A DNA stretch of 62,604 nt, the filler included, from Choristocarpus tenellus KU-1152 (taxonomy: Eukaryota; Protista; Phaeophyceae): the NCBI GenBank assembly GCA_964200185.2. It is 11 parts of 11 records of this genome, joined end to end, with 100 filler letters (N's around TTAATTAATTAA, not from the genome) between each part and the next. Parts side by side here need not be neighbours in the genome. Positions count along the whole stretch, not along the records: positions 26,273 to 34,969 come from CAXNAD020004436.1; positions 35,070 to 40,238 come from CAXNAD020011632.1; positions 40,339 to 45,480 come from CAXNAD020011741.1; 8 more parts are not named here. One strand, 5' to 3'. A model generated the notes under the pieces. It was not told the origin of the DNA. It did no database searches and was given only the letters and a program-made list of their open reading frames with translations. Below are positions 28,740-42,799 of this stretch, in pieces. The stretch's first letter is position 1, and each line of letters begins with the position of its first letter. The position numbers and the translations under genes are program-made.

Positions 28740-29000
28740 GAGCCAAAGTGGACGAGAGGTACCCAGTTTTTGGCGGTTTTGCATTTGAAGTCAGCTTTTA
28801 AATATTTTGCAATTCACCCATATTTCTATGGGTGAAGTCCTAAGTTTGATTTGAGAGCATTGATTTTTCTATTGTTTGAATATTTTCAACAGAGTTCAGA
28901 AAAATACTTACACAAATTGTAACTAAAGTCTGATTTTGCACATAGTATGTGTCAGCATCCTTAAAATGCAACTCTGGATACCTCTAGTTTGCTTTGACTC
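28740..29000. mobile_element. MITE family D, TSD TCAG
   Basis: TIR GAGYCAAAGY..AC.AGAGGTA. TCAG on both flanks. Confidence 0.85.
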
Positions 29001-30003
29001 TCAGAGCTATCACATTTTCTCGTCCTGGTGAGTGTTTAGGAGGGCGTGTGCCTTTTCCCTTGTAGGACCAGTACAAGTCATTGTATCCCACCTTCTCTTT
29101 TATACCATATGCAACACTTCTGAAGTACATTTCACATAACAAATCAGGCAAATTGTAGTCATTACCATGGGAAAAGCCTTCCGATGTTTCCCCTTCAACG
29201 AGTGTACACAATATTCACATCCTATCAGTACATTGTCAACACAAAATCATCACTTCAACCCCTCTGCCGAACTATATTGAAATATAGAGAACCCACCACC
29301 TCCGATCCCCAAGTCTCTCTTCCAAGCGTGGTGGCTTCACGTGAGACCTATGGCCCCTTGAAGTGACTTGCACCCCTCACTCCTGTACCCTATCAAAACC
29401 CTTGCTAATTTCATCCACCCTCTAGATATCTGCAAGTACGTAAATCTGATCCCTGAACCAATCCACCACGTCAAAATTCCCTGAGAGTTTTGCCCACATT
29501 GAGGGGCAGAGATCACAGAACGAAAAATGTTATCTTAACCAGTAGAATTAGTCCATTTATCACGTTGTGCCAAGAGGATACATCCCCTCTCCGACCCTCA
29601 ACCTCATCTACTCTCTGAATAATTGCAAGTACTCATCCGCAATGATTATGGCATAAAGTTATAAAGTCAAGGCTTTTTAGAGGGGTAGGGTTGAGTCCGT
29701 TTGGGGTCCAAAATCCAATGTTGCAATTATGATGCATTTTGGCTATCATGTTATATAGCAAGTGCCAAATACCCTTCCACCAGAAACACCTTTCACAAGT
29801 TGTACTCCGAAATGTTTTGGAGTAGGTATCGGTGTTAACACAGAAAGCCGAAAAAGGGCATAAAACCCCGTGGGAAGTAGTCAAGAATAAATGAATAGGT
29901 ATCTACAGACTCTGTCTGATGGACTTGATGGGATAGAGGGAGGTCCTCTACAGGCAAAGGAATGTCACTTTGTAAGTAAACGGTGTCACTGCTGTAGACT
30001 TGA

Positions 30004-30270
30004 GGGTCAAACCAACTGATAGGTAGGTAGGTTTGGATCCTTTTTTATTCTAAGCCATCTACTTTCCCTGAGCAATACACTCTAGTTCATTGCTATAATT
30101 TGCAGGGTAGTGTATACAAAATTGATATTACCCCCCCCTTCAGACACAAAGTGACACCAAAATCCAGGAAAGGCGCTCTCTGAAATTGTACAAAAATTGA
30201 TCTGTGTTCGCCCTTTTCTCAGTATCCTTGACATGCAAACCTGCCTATATCTCACTCACTTGGATTAACT
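30004..30270. mobile_element. MITE family C (diverged)
   Basis: GTCAAACCAAC..AGGTAGG start, family interior, ATGCAAACCTGCCTA end. Confidence 0.7.
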
Positions 30271-31912
30271 CTTGAGCAAAGTTGAGCAACGATTGCTGTC
30301 CAACTTTGGATTAACACTATTTCCTGACCTGTTCATGCACATCAAAGTTACCTCATACTGTCATATTCTTAGGACTAAATCGGTAAGGTTGTTGAACATT
30401 GACACACAGGTACAGCAGAAGAAACAATGGTGCACTGGGGAGACAGCTTTTTCTCATCCCCCTTCACCCCTTCCCCCACCAAACACCATGGATGAATACA
30501 TGTTCCTAAAAAGGACTTGAATGTCTCAAAGCCACATCATCAAACCTGGCATTACATCTTCACTACGAATGGTATTAATATTGTTCATAATACACTGAGT
30601 AGAAAGCACCTCAAGTACAGCCAAAATATATAATTTAATAATGACCTCTCTCTCTCTCAAGCGCCAAAAAATTGCATAGATGACACACAAAAGCATAGCC
30701 TGCCCCATTACCATCAGGATATACTCCAGAGTCCTTGGCAACTCAAATTAGTTGCTATGTCTTCCTCATCACATGTCACCCAATCGAATGTCCCCAAATG
30801 AACACTGTCTAGATCACCACCAGTCAAAAACAGGGAAGACAAGTATTCAGTGCGGACAAGACCCCTTAAAGCAGCTTATAGTGGTGTGTTATATGGATTA
30901 TTACATGCATCTCACCTGTTAGAAGGGAGTAAATTTCTATTTGATATATAGAACGTATTCAAACATGTATATATGCATATTATGTACGCACCTCAGGTCA
31001 TCCATCCTACCTTCCCTTCCCAACGACCTCTGCTTGCAAGGAAGTGCAAAATGGTCCATTTGCCTTGTGCGCCTCTACCTATACTTTCTTTTCATCAACA
31101 GCAAGTACCCATCAAAAGGAGGAATTTTTACCCGCCCCCTTCCGAGAAGAAAAGGAGAAAAAATGCATCCTGCTGTTGTAACAAGCGGGCAAAAGTCAAA
31201 TGCCCTTCCACCTTGCACAGGCATTCTTTCATTCCCGATTCCCCCATCCTATGCGCTCGTTCTACTCTACCTACATATTGCATGATTCCATGGGTGAAGA
31301 GACCGGGTTCACCATGTGCCTGTGATCATCACATCCCGTGCCCTTCTAGTGAAGAAAAGGAAAAAAGGTCATCAACCACAAATGTAATCAGCAACTGCAC
31401 CACCTCTGTCACAGAATCTTCACGGAAGATGTGATGTGATGAGGAGAGTCAAACCCGCACCAAATACCCTCATAAAAAAATTAAAAACTCTCCACAGCTG
31501 TCAGCAGTCAAACTCTTACCAAAACACACTTGTGCGTCTCCTTCCCTAATCAAATCAAGCGAGGCTTGTATCAAATCACATCATCACATATCCCCTCACA
31601 CACAACACCATTGCTCACTATACACACCATTCTCACAGAGCAAGGAACCTTCCAAGATCATCCCCAAGCGCATCCAATCTGACCTCTCCTCTCACCCACC
31701 ACTGCAGAGTAATCCCCACACAAAAACTGTTTGATCGCCTCACCATTTAAAACTCACTTGAATTCCTCAAAAAACAAGACCAACAAACCCCTATAATACA
31801 CCAAACTGTCACTTTTTTGTATCACAAGAAACAGTAAAGTATACTAAAAATGCTCATCTTCCTCTCCTCCACAAGTGGGTATAATACGGGCACACGGTAC
31901 TACACCATTCTG

Positions 31913-32316
31913 TCACCCCCTCCCCAATCCTCTGCCTTCCCCCCCGCCAGGCCCACGGTCCCGTCGCCTATTCCCCTTGCCCCAGCCCCCAAGTCCGCCT
32001 GCCTCAGCTCCACCCCCCTCCCCGTACAGCATGTCCAGGATGCGTTGAAGGTCTTCTCGTCCTGCCCAGTCACCACCAACACCACCACCACCATCCTCAG
32101 CCTTTCCTCCACTTGCCCGTCTTGCCTCAGGGGCTGCCCCAGTCACAACCCCAATACCAGAACCAGGTACAAAGCCAGGTACTGGCAAAGTTGGTAGTCC
32201 CAGTCCAGCAGGGGTTAGGACCACATCATCAAGGCTAATGCCCCCAGCTTCTGAGTCCCAGGGAATGTCGCCTTCATCTTCGCTGTCAGATTGATCAGAG
32301 TAATCACCATACCCAT
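31913..32316 (-). CDS. Probable terminal exon of an unknown gene (acidic then Gly-rich tail)
   Basis: GC-rich open frame preceded by a polypyrimidine tract and CAG (ctcctttgtttgctgcttcag). Protein-like sequence DYSDQSDSEDEGDIPWD...EDLQRILDMLYG. Confidence 0.5.
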
Positions 32317-33890
32317 CTGAAGCAGCAAACAAAGGAGAAGAGTGTTTGAATATCGTTCATGGAATACTTTTTGCAATCACTGGATTGGGATTGTGACAAT
32401 ACAATATAGAATGTACCATGTGCTGAGGGGTATGAATCAATAATAGTCTTGTATTATGTTCAGGGATATGGTTGACTAGATACGATGGATGAATGAGATA
32501 AGTCTATCCTCCCCACAACTTTCACTCTCTTCTTAAGGAGTTTAGGGTAAGGTGACTCCCAATGCAATCACTCAGATATCGGGGTTCATCCAGAATGCAT
32601 CAGTAAAACTTTGATAAAAGAGAAACCTGTGTTACCAACACTGGGGAGGCCTACAAAAAATGACAAAAGATATACCACAAAGCATGTCTCAACTACCACC
32701 ATGTAAATGTTCAAAACAACATGATATGCAAGAGGTATTTGGAACATAGAATCAAAAAAGGTGATTTAAGAAAGGGGCAGAGAAGGAGACCTTAAGCATG
32801 TGGCTGGATATTTCCTTGCTTTGCATGTGCACTATAGTAACTTCAACAAATTGGTTGTTCTGCTTATAGCCAACTGATCCCTTTACAAGGAACCTTGTCC
32901 ACCTCACTACCTTACCCTGTGGGTACATACTACCACAAAAAGATCATAGTACCATGTAAAAATATATATATTGTACGCCATGTAAAAATACTCAAGAAAA
33001 AAAAAGTTGCGAACAATAGATGCTCTGCTCCATACAGGCAAGTGTGAGATCTTCATTACCAATTATCAATTCCAAGCTTCATACAAGTAAGTTACCAAAC
33101 TCTGTACCTAAATGTTGCCCCGTAATGTCAGATAAAAATAAAAAAATGCCCCACATGTTTACATCTACTCAATTACATACAATCAAAGGAGCACACAATT
33201 TGAATCACATGAAGTGCCAAGCACCATATTATATTAAAACTCTACCACAACACATAGTACTCACACACACAAAAAACCTGTACCACAACCACCTAAAATA
33301 AAAATGTTCACCATCTACAGCTCAAGCAAATTATACACAATCCACAATACCATCAGTCTCCACTGAGGGCAAGAGTAAGTTACGTACAACCAGTCAGTTG
33401 TGTGGAAAGGTAGGGTAGAGAAAGCAAAACATCCAATCTTCTAAAGGAAAAGCAATCATTGAAACCTTGGACAACATCACACTTACAATGTACAGCATAA
33501 AAACTTGACTAAATGTTATGTGCTTAACACTGTGTTGTACATGTTTTGAACTGGAATGTCCATTGCACTACATGATTAAATGTATGTCTTCTTCTCCAGG
33601 GATAGAGACATGATAAAACATAGAGCTATTTGGTGTCACCTTTGTCCAAGGTGTGACATCACTAAGAGCTGTAAAGCACAAACCGTGCCAGGCACATGAC
33701 GACACACTCTCATCATTCACTTCCTGCTTCTAGTCTGATCACCGTGGATAGACACACCACACCAATCACATTGCTACACCACATTGCCCCTACTTCTCCA
33801 GAACCAAACGCCTTCGTACAAACCACACAAAGCAACATCACAACAACAACTAATGGCCTCTCCAAAGGCAGATCTCCAATAAAAAAAACT

Positions 33891-33926
<36 letters not shown>

Positions 33927-34918
33927 GAGTGTACCACCCACCTGGAAACATATCCCTAAATTGCGCCTGTTCATTTTGTCCATAACTGGCCTCCAGCATC
34001 GCATCCAACTGCTCTTGCATCTGTCTCATACCCAAGGCACCAATACCAAGTTAACATCATATGTCTCAAACAAAACTCTGCATAATATCATCGTTCTGTC
34101 GACTGCAACCAGAAGTGGGGGGGGGGGGGGATTGAGCCAATACAACTTATGCAGCGACACAAACACCTTCGCCGACTGTACTCAAAATGCGAAAAATATT
34201 CTGTATTACAAATAGTGCCCACTATTGTAGTCTACCACATAAAATAATAATAAAACAAACCATTCCTTTTGCTTCCTATCACAACTACCTCATGTATAGT
34301 ACAGTCATTTCCAAGTTTACCCCAAGTACATTACCTCTTCTCTCCCCCTCCCCCTCTTTACAACAACCCAATAACAGCCAACAGGTAACAGCCAACAGCC
34401 TCAATACAACACAAAATAAAAACACCTTCAAACACCTCATTTGACCCCATTGCACTGCCTTACACCACGCTATATCTTCCACAGGTAGCACAACCTCTCT
34501 ACCCCCCACAAACAAAAAGTACACTTCCATAGGTCACCCCGACATCATCATCATTGCCAAGAGACTTACGCCAAGAGAAATAAACAGGGGTTTGGCTTAG
34601 TTGGTGGTATGGTACAACGAAGAGAACCCGTTGATGTATGCATGGTATATATGAAACTGCTTGTAGCGTTTGGTGGTAAGACCATCATACCACTCTGCCA
34701 ACTACCAATTTTTCCAAGTCAACAGTTAACACGAAATATCCAGCTTAGTTAGTTGGCAGCTTGCCAAACTATAAAATATGCTTTCATCTACAACGATCCT
34801 TACATAGTACAACTCACAACTCCAGCAAAAACACAGATATTACTAGTATTGCCTTGTACCAGTGTCATAACCAGTATCACAATCACTATCACTAGTGACA
34901 ATTCATATTTGAAGTTAT

Positions 34919-34969
34919 TATGTATGTATGTATGTATGTATGTATGTATGTATGTATGTATGTATGTAT
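34919..34969. repeat. (TATG)n microsatellite at a contig end
   Basis: Direct reading. Other microsatellites: (GA)n 33893-33922, (CTAC)n 40084-40113, (TAA)n 48356-48397, (CA)n 55713-55738. Confidence 0.95.
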
Positions 34970-35797
34970 NNNNNNNNNNNNNNNNNNNNNNNNNNNNNNN
35001 NNNNNNNNNNNNNTTAATTAATTAANNNNNNNNNNNNNNNNNNNNNNNNNNNNNNNNNNNNNNNNNNNNCGGTGATTCTCTTCGCCACCCTTGCCTGAGT
35101 GAACCACGCCGCCACAGAATCACAACTCTCACAATACAAAAAGCTAAATATGCCATGCTATCTGCCATCGTACTCGCCTAGAGGCATATTTCATTGTTCC
35201 ACCACATACACACCACCCTTTATCCAGCAGTGTATAGTGACTGGGTTGTTACGGAGGGGACCTCATCAGCGAGAGCGAACAAAATAAGAGATAGACAGTT
35301 CCAGACTACCGTCATGAACATCGGTGTTCTCAGCAGCAGGGTACGGAGTGAAACCCAACTTACATACCCCCAAAGGGTATTTTTCTACCCCAGTGTGTTG
35401 TACTGGTTTCAAGCTATTATCGTAAAGCGATGCCTAAGTATTGCTATGGAAAAGTGAAGAGATTGTGGAACTCGTGTTTGTCAGATTGAGGGCGTGACAA
35501 ATATCAGGCCACCTAGCTACCCATATTGCAAACAAGGTCTCCAGCCAGTCAGTGAGAGAGTCACAACAAAATCCAATTTATTTTGGAGGTGCATCTATCG
35601 TTGTGTGTCTAGAACTACCGTGTGAAGAAGTGTGAGTGGTGCTCTATCCCGCCTCGAAAATGATGTCCCTGTGCGATCAAAGGTCTGCTCGCATTATTAA
35701 TAGCTATCAGTACATGCGAAGTGGTAGATACTGTAACATATCGTCAAACACTCCCCCCCTATCCCTATCTACTTCACGTATTTTGTCCAACAATTTT

Positions 35798-35979
35798 CGC
35801 TCAGAGTATCTGGGGTGTGTGTGGCGGCTGTCCATTTGGGGGCAATTTTTTCATGTCGCGAGTTTTGGGTTATTTGGTTGCATACGTTGGAATGATAATG
35901 TAAATGCACTTTTCCTGATTTTGGGTCAAATGGACACCCTGGTGTAGACCCCCCCCCCTCTCCAAAGATACTTTGCGTC
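35798..35979. mobile_element. MITE family A
   Basis: Family TIRs and interior. TTTT on both flanks. Confidence 0.8.
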
Positions 35980-37581
35980 TTTTTGATATTATTGAGGATG
36001 GTTGGCCCAAAACCTGGCTTGTCTTTATGCTGCCTGGCAGGGCCTTGGTCTGTGATGACTTCATCCTCCTTGGGTTAAGAATTCCCCGTTAATCAATTTG
36101 AAGGTCAAAGTTACGCAAAAGTCCCACAACTACCGATGCATATTTTTGTATCAATCATCAAATTTTGTACAGGTAGGCCTTGGTACAGCACACCCCTCCT
36201 ACCCAGGCACAGGTCATGCCTACTACCCTGGGCCCACTCCACCCCATTTAATGTCTTGCTACCTATTGGAGCTTCTCCAGTTCTTTTCGCCCAGGCGCAT
36301 ACCACACATCCACACACCCTGTGGTTCTCCTCCTGGTCGTGGGGCTCAAGCATTGAGTGCTTAGTGATGTTTCCTTAACGCTCTTTCCCCCTCAGCACGT
36401 CAAGCCCCACAAGTCTAGCCCCATCATGCACCCCCCCCCCCTCCTCCTTTCCTCCTCGGACAGCTGGAGCACAGTTACTACTTCCTGGGGGAGCTTCTTT
36501 TCTTTCCCCCCCAGCGCAGCTCTCACTTTGTTATCCCAGCGAAACTGCATTGTGCCCTGCAGAGCGCTATTTTGGCAGTGAAACGTTAGCAGTAGTAGCA
36601 CATTATGGTTATTGCAAGTGAGACACAAACTAAGCAATCCAGAAGATCACTCAACATTGTCGCAACATGCTTGTGTGAGCCACATGCGGTGTCGTGATCA
36701 AGGACACAAGAGGATACTACAAGAAGAAGGGGAATAACTAAAACAAGGAAGAATGTGTTCACCAAATTGCCCTCTAGAGATTTCTCTAGAATGCTAGAAG
36801 CATATTTATCTGCCAGAAGGCAAGTCAAAGGTAGGATGGTTCCCGACTCGTTTGCTCGTTTTTGAGTTACTGCGTTCTAAATCTCGTCACTGTCTGACGC
36901 TCCTGTTGGTAGTTCAGCAATCTCTGAAGAAAAAGGACGAAATGAGTGAACAGTATTCGACCTAAGTATGCGTAGCACGATGTGTACGGACTTTCAAGTT
37001 TCGATTAATAAGAAATCTAGATCGAGCAAGGTCTGATCGAACGAATACATGGTTCGTCGCCAACTTCCCCTGTGTGTGATTGGTGGGGAGGTGGCGCGTA
37101 TGACACCTGAAACAGCTAATGGCGACTAGTAGAGCAGCCTTGTACCTAAGTAAGTATTGATCATAACAAGTACAAAAGGTCTACTACTTCTAAGGTATTC
37201 TGATCACCATATTATGTACTAACAAGGATTATGGTTAACAAAAAGATTTGTCGAACCTTTTTGGGGTTCTGTTTTTGGTTCTATTCATCGTGTAACTTCA
37301 AAAACTGAACCTTATTTTCTGTGTACACACCGTACACATACGTTGTTTCTGATTTGTATACTGAATAATACTAGATTTGGTCCTACTCATTTTTCTCTCC
37401 TACCATCTTGTGGGAACAGTTCAGTTCTATCGATAATATTATATTTTTATAATAGCATAAATATCCTTCGTCTCTCATTTTGAGAGGTAGGGACAAACTA
37501 AGCTAACAACTCAACTTCTCCCAACCTGCAACTAACCGCACTCACGATTGGTACGAGTACAGAGTACACAAGATTGGAAAT

Positions 37582-39004
37582 ATGGTGGCGGGCCTGCCCA
37601 CCAGGGATGTCGAAGAACCCAAACAAGACCAGCTCCCGCAAATAAGGTCAGATGAGAGACGAGATTTTGACCTGAGGTTGAGTAGATATTTTCCCAACAG
37701 TGATCATCGGAAGACGTACGTCGATACGCACATCAATATATCATCGATCCTCCACGCCCTTTGTTCAAGGTTGTGCTACGTGTCTCTGAACCAAACCCCT
37801 CATAAACCACCCGTTTTCGATTTATTCCTTGCGCTTCAGATTACCGGAAAGGACAAACGTAGTTGAAGCAGACTCGGAGAGGTTTGAGGAAGAGTCAACA
37901 CCATTTGATCATAATTTGGGAAGTTGTAATAACGACAGGAGTGCCGTAGAAGACTTGCACACTTCAAATTCCCATATGACTTCTTCAAAGGGGAGAGACA
38001 CTACGTTGGAGGAAGTAGGAGAGGTTACCGGTTCCTCCCCGACTGAGTCGAAGCTAGAGTCTGTTTCACAGGGTTGTGAACAAACAGAGGATGCACAGTT
38101 TTCACAAATGCAGGGAGCAACGGAAACGAAGACTGTCGGCACTAGGACAGCAGGTGCAGGTCAAGTGTTAGTCTCACCAAAGCTGACCATCGCCCAGGAA
38201 GTAGGGCGAACTCAGGAGTCATTGGTTTCTCTCGGGGTTGGGTTAAATGGAGGTATTCATAACCCAGTATCATGTCGGGAGACTGACAAGTCGATGCCCA
38301 ACGAGGACACCATGAACAGAACAGAATCGACAGTATTCGGGGAGGATCAATGTTTAGAGGCAGAAATAGGCTGCAGGTTGGACCTAGATGATGAAGATCG
38401 AGTGGAAGACCCTGTACCTGAGGGAGAATGTGCCGAGGTGGCGAAGGGTCCACCCCATCGCAGGAGCGTTTCGTTCATGAACGACGATTTCGACCCCTAC
38501 CACTTCATCCAGCGCCTTCCACCTTATCACAAGGTATGGAGACCTAGAAAGGCAATGCTCCCGCCACTTTCCACGCAATATCTACCCGCGACCAGAGGTT
38601 CACCGTATGGGAAGACCCGATTGCTAACGCCACAGCCCCCTGTGAAACCCTCACTGAAAACGGATGTCGCCGAGGATACTAGCGGTCTATCAGCAGCGGA
38701 GGTTGGTGATAGGGCTGGGGTTGAGCGCAGTGTGGTAGAACGAAGTTTGCCTGCTTCGGGTGAAGAACATGATGGTGTTGATGATAGCGCACTCAGTGAG
38801 CACGAGGATGAGGAAGAAGGGTCCTGCACAAGAGCCGATGGGTGTAATGCTGGCAACAGCAGTGATGGGGATGAGGGTGAATGTAAAGGAGGAGTCATCA
38901 CACTGGTCCTGGATTTGGATGAGACGCTCGTGCACTGCACAACAGAGGACGTTAGCAATGCTGACATCACGATCCCTGTGCACTTCAAGGATAGCGATTA
39001 CACT
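37582..39004 (+). CDS. CTDSPL2: CTD small phosphatase-like 2 (SCP4/NIF family HAD phosphatase), 5' exons only
   Basis: Exon 37582-37676 (phase 2, AG|GTTGAG) splices in frame to exon 37840-39004 (CTTCAG acceptor, GTGAGT donor). Contains FDPYHFIQRLPP and TLVLDLDETLVHC (DxDxT motif) followed by ADITIPVHF. Later exons were not found before the contig end. Confidence 0.85.
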
Positions 39005-41616
39005 GTGAGTGAGAAATGTATTCATTGCCTTTTGCTCGTGCCACTGCCTATGTGACATACATTCTCCTTTGCGCATCCACTCCCCTATCTCCTCGTGTAC
39101 CTTGCTTGCTCTCTGCTTGGGGGTGAGTGAACGTTTTAAGACGGATCCCCCTCATATGCTTTTTCAATCTGCTATCCTGTCGTGTAATTCCTGTCATTTT
39201 TTGTACTAGCAACGCTGAAACTGTTTCTTTGCTGGGTCTATGTTGTGCAGTACTACTGCAATATTAGGGCTATTCTGTAGGCATCTAAGACAACGAGGAG
39301 GTGATGCATGTGTCTGATTTTGAATTGTCATTGTTGATTATAGAGTCTGCTCTTCATGACCAGAAGAAGAGTAAAAATACTAAAAGTGAGAGGCATGCAT
39401 ACAAACACTCAAGGCAAGGAATGAACTTTATGATTAGCCTGGCTCTTTGGACATTTCTCCCCCTATCCCCCTCTATGTCCAAGCCAGCCAGCCAGCCAGC
39501 CCAAGCTGACATATTTTGAAATGAAATGACGGTCAGTGCGACTTTTTTGTTTGTTTGTTTGTCATCCCATCACTGTCCTTCTCGAAACCAAGTAGGGGGA
39601 AGATACATTGTTAATCTGTGAATGTATTAACATGCTTGAGATCGTTGTTGACATCGCAAGTATGTAGAGAGTAAGTACATTAGTGCACCGAGCGAGCTCT
39701 CTGAGAATACAAGAGTTCTCGCTATCATCATTATGCCAGAGGCGTTTGTATGTAATTCAAGTGCTACTGCGTGATTGGCAGTTCATCTCAAGGGAGGCAG
39801 GTGGTAGGTTGCCTTGTTCGACGACCTGATACGATACGCCTTACGAGTCCTCAAAACTCAGAAAATGTCCCGTATCAGTTTTTGAATTTCACTTTCAAAA
39901 ACCGAGTGTACGAGGATGACTCACATGGTAAGCAGTACTGTGCACTATATTGTGTAAAGTGAGGCTCCTTCCTGTCTTGTAGTATTCTGCAGCTGGTGGT
40001 GGTGGTGGTGGTGCAGAGAGCAGGCGTGTCTCGAATGGCACACACTGTTATCATCTTTTTTTATTGAGAGGGTGAAAAAGGGACCTACCTACCTACCTAC
40101 CTACCTACCTACCTCTAGCCATACATAACGAATAAACGCTTTTTTTTTTTTGGTATTCCTTTTTTTTAAAAAAAAGAAAAAGAAAAAGAAAAAGAAAAAA
40201 AGAATTAGCTACTTATTTTTTTCACGAAACGGGCATTGNNNNNNNNNNNNNNNNNNNNNNNNNNNNNNNNNNNNNNNNNNNNTTAATTAATTAANNNNNN
40301 NNNNNNNNNNNNNNNNNNNNNNNNNNNNNNNNNNNNNNCGATCTTATCCCAGTCAATTTTGGGTCAAGCCCATCCTCAATTAAAAGCTCCATCCTCAATT
40401 TTTGAAATCGGCTGTTATTTGGTGTACGAGCACATTCCTTCCCATCCCCACCCTGTTGATTAATAGAAGGAGATGGGTCTGTGTGGGGACGGGGTAGGTC
40501 GATCAAATTCCAGAATGACACGAGGACCAGAGATGATGTGGTAGTGTTGTTTCATTGCGTTATCATATTAGTAGTGTCTTTTTTTGTCTTTCCCCATACA
40601 TTGTCATTTTGCGTCATTTTTTAACAGTCCCACTTTATCATGATGAATCAAAGACCATCACATGAAATTGACGTTGTGATGTTCACAACAGCTGATTATG
40701 GCACAACTGGTCTCTCAAAAAAATGTGGGTTGGTGAGTATGATGAAATAAGATGAATGACCATTTTTTAAACAAACGAGATCGTTCGTTGAGAAGATGAA
40801 TTTTGTGAGTACGCACATGAACCAGAGAGATATTTATTTTCTAGGTAATAAAGCACTATAATTTAGCCTGGAAAGACCACTTTTCCAAATTATGTTTTTT
40901 ACACTCGTTATGTTATGGGTGAATACTCGCGTTTACAAATTTATTTTAACTACAGGTGGATGAAGTCGTATTGATGACGTAGGTGTCAATGTGTCGTAGT
41001 CAGTCCCCTTTTCATTCAGATGGTATCACTACAATATATAATACCTCCTCATTTTGGTCTGTCATAAACTTCACAGATTGCTGACATTGTTTCCATTCAA
41101 ACATTTAGGCGTTGAGGGACACTCTCACATTGCCAATTTCGAGTGGGAGAAACCAGGCACAAAAGTAGTCTTTGTCGGGAAGACTGCCTACACACCACTT
41201 TCTTCGAAGTGGGTGGGGACCTTGTCGAACTGGGAACAAGAGGAACGAACAGAGGAGGAAACTGTCCTAGATTGTTAACATACATCGCTCACCAAGGGGT
41301 AGAAGGTGCAAATCAGGTCGAATATATCTGAGGGATACTCGTCTACCCCGTGTATGGCATTGGGAGCACACAAAGGGAGGTACCTAGTGTCCAAAGGATG
41401 GATATTTTCTGGAAAGGGGATCGACTGCGCACCTCGTCGTTGTTCGAATTCTCCATTCTGAACGATGGTACATTACAATCCTAACAATATAGACGATGGG
41501 TGCACTAGCTAAAAATACACTATCAATCTTGATGATGGGCACACTCGTTCAAATATGCTTCGAGTCGACGAATTAGGGGTGGTCGTTATCACCATCGGGT
41601 TCCTCGTGAAGAGTAG

Positions 41617-41707
41617 GCGCTGATGGACATAGCAAGGACTTTCCCTCATTGGACCTTCGATGAGTGGAAACTATTGATGGTACTAGCTGCTGGATCCAAG
41701 GATATAG
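41617..41707 (+). pseudogene. Fragment resembling the start of a TBC/Rab-GAP domain
   Basis: MDIARTFPH...KLLMVLAAGSKDIG resembles DIxRTFP...LxxVLxAY...GY. The YxQG motif was not found. Confidence 0.3.
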
Positions 41708-42799
41708 GTGGAAATGCGACCTGTGCTCTATATGTGTTGCTATGTTCATGTCAGATCCTCGGACTATCGTCTGGTGAATATACTCTTTCTTTTCTCGGTT
41801 TACCTCGCAGCAGAATCCTGTTGTGTGCTTCGTTCCTTTACTATTTGTCAACAGAATTACTCCTGTCTCTAGAATTCCATCCACTCAGGTGAACTTGGTG
41901 TGAAGATGCTGTCGAGCGACAATCCTATGTCCTTTTTCTCTCTTGCTACAACCATGATGTGCTTCTGTTTTACTTTCCATGGCCAGGGTGGGGTACTGCA
42001 GGGTCTGATAATGTCCGTAACATAAGTAGGTAACACGGGGGGCTGTGCCATGAGGGAAGAAGGAGGGGAAGCTCTGCTGATCTATAGCCACATTGCTCCA
42101 GCACCCCAAGGAGGAAAAAGCAGTGGGAGTTTTCCTGGAGGCAAAAGTGATAGAAAATATTTCCAACCATGCAACCATGGTGGATGAGAAACAGCGGAGG
42201 GAAGGGCACAACAGGGGGTTGTGTGGTCTGCCTGAGGAAAAAAGGAAAGTCTCCACTAGCTAGCAGACACGATGCTCCACCTGCCAGGAGGAATGGCAGA
42301 GGGTACAGTGGCGCCTGGGTGGCAGGGATGTGTTATCGCTGAGTAGAAGGGGTGGGGTGTGCCTGGATGGGGCTGTGCCCTGCCTGTGCAAAGTCTGATA
42401 AATCAAGGTATAAATATACCAGAGTTCATGTTTACCTATGAGGTGTGTGCTTAAGTTTGAACAGGGAAGTCAAATTGTAATGTAGGCATCTCAGCCCAGG
42501 GCTCTACCAGATAGCACCAAAACAAGTCAAGTTCTGAACCAATAATCCCTTTAACAATGCTCAACGTAAAAATGATTGGAGTACACGTGGAAGGTGTGTA
42601 AGTGTGTGATGATAGTCACAATTATCCATTGCTCTATGTGTAGCAATAGCTACTAAAGTCTAGTAGAATCCAGCATGAACAGCTTTTTTGTGGTGAGATG
42701 GAGTTCAATTTCTTTTTTTTTGTGCGATTTTGACTTTGACAAGTGATTAGACCCCCAAGTATTATAGATGTAAGTAGGAAAGAAGCCCTGGTATCTCTA

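Noticed and set aside
33696-34560. C/A-rich decayed coding-like tracts (also about 12350-13890 and 59866-60495) as a specific retroelement
   Set aside because: Probably old repeats, but the similarity is too weak to assign a family by eye.
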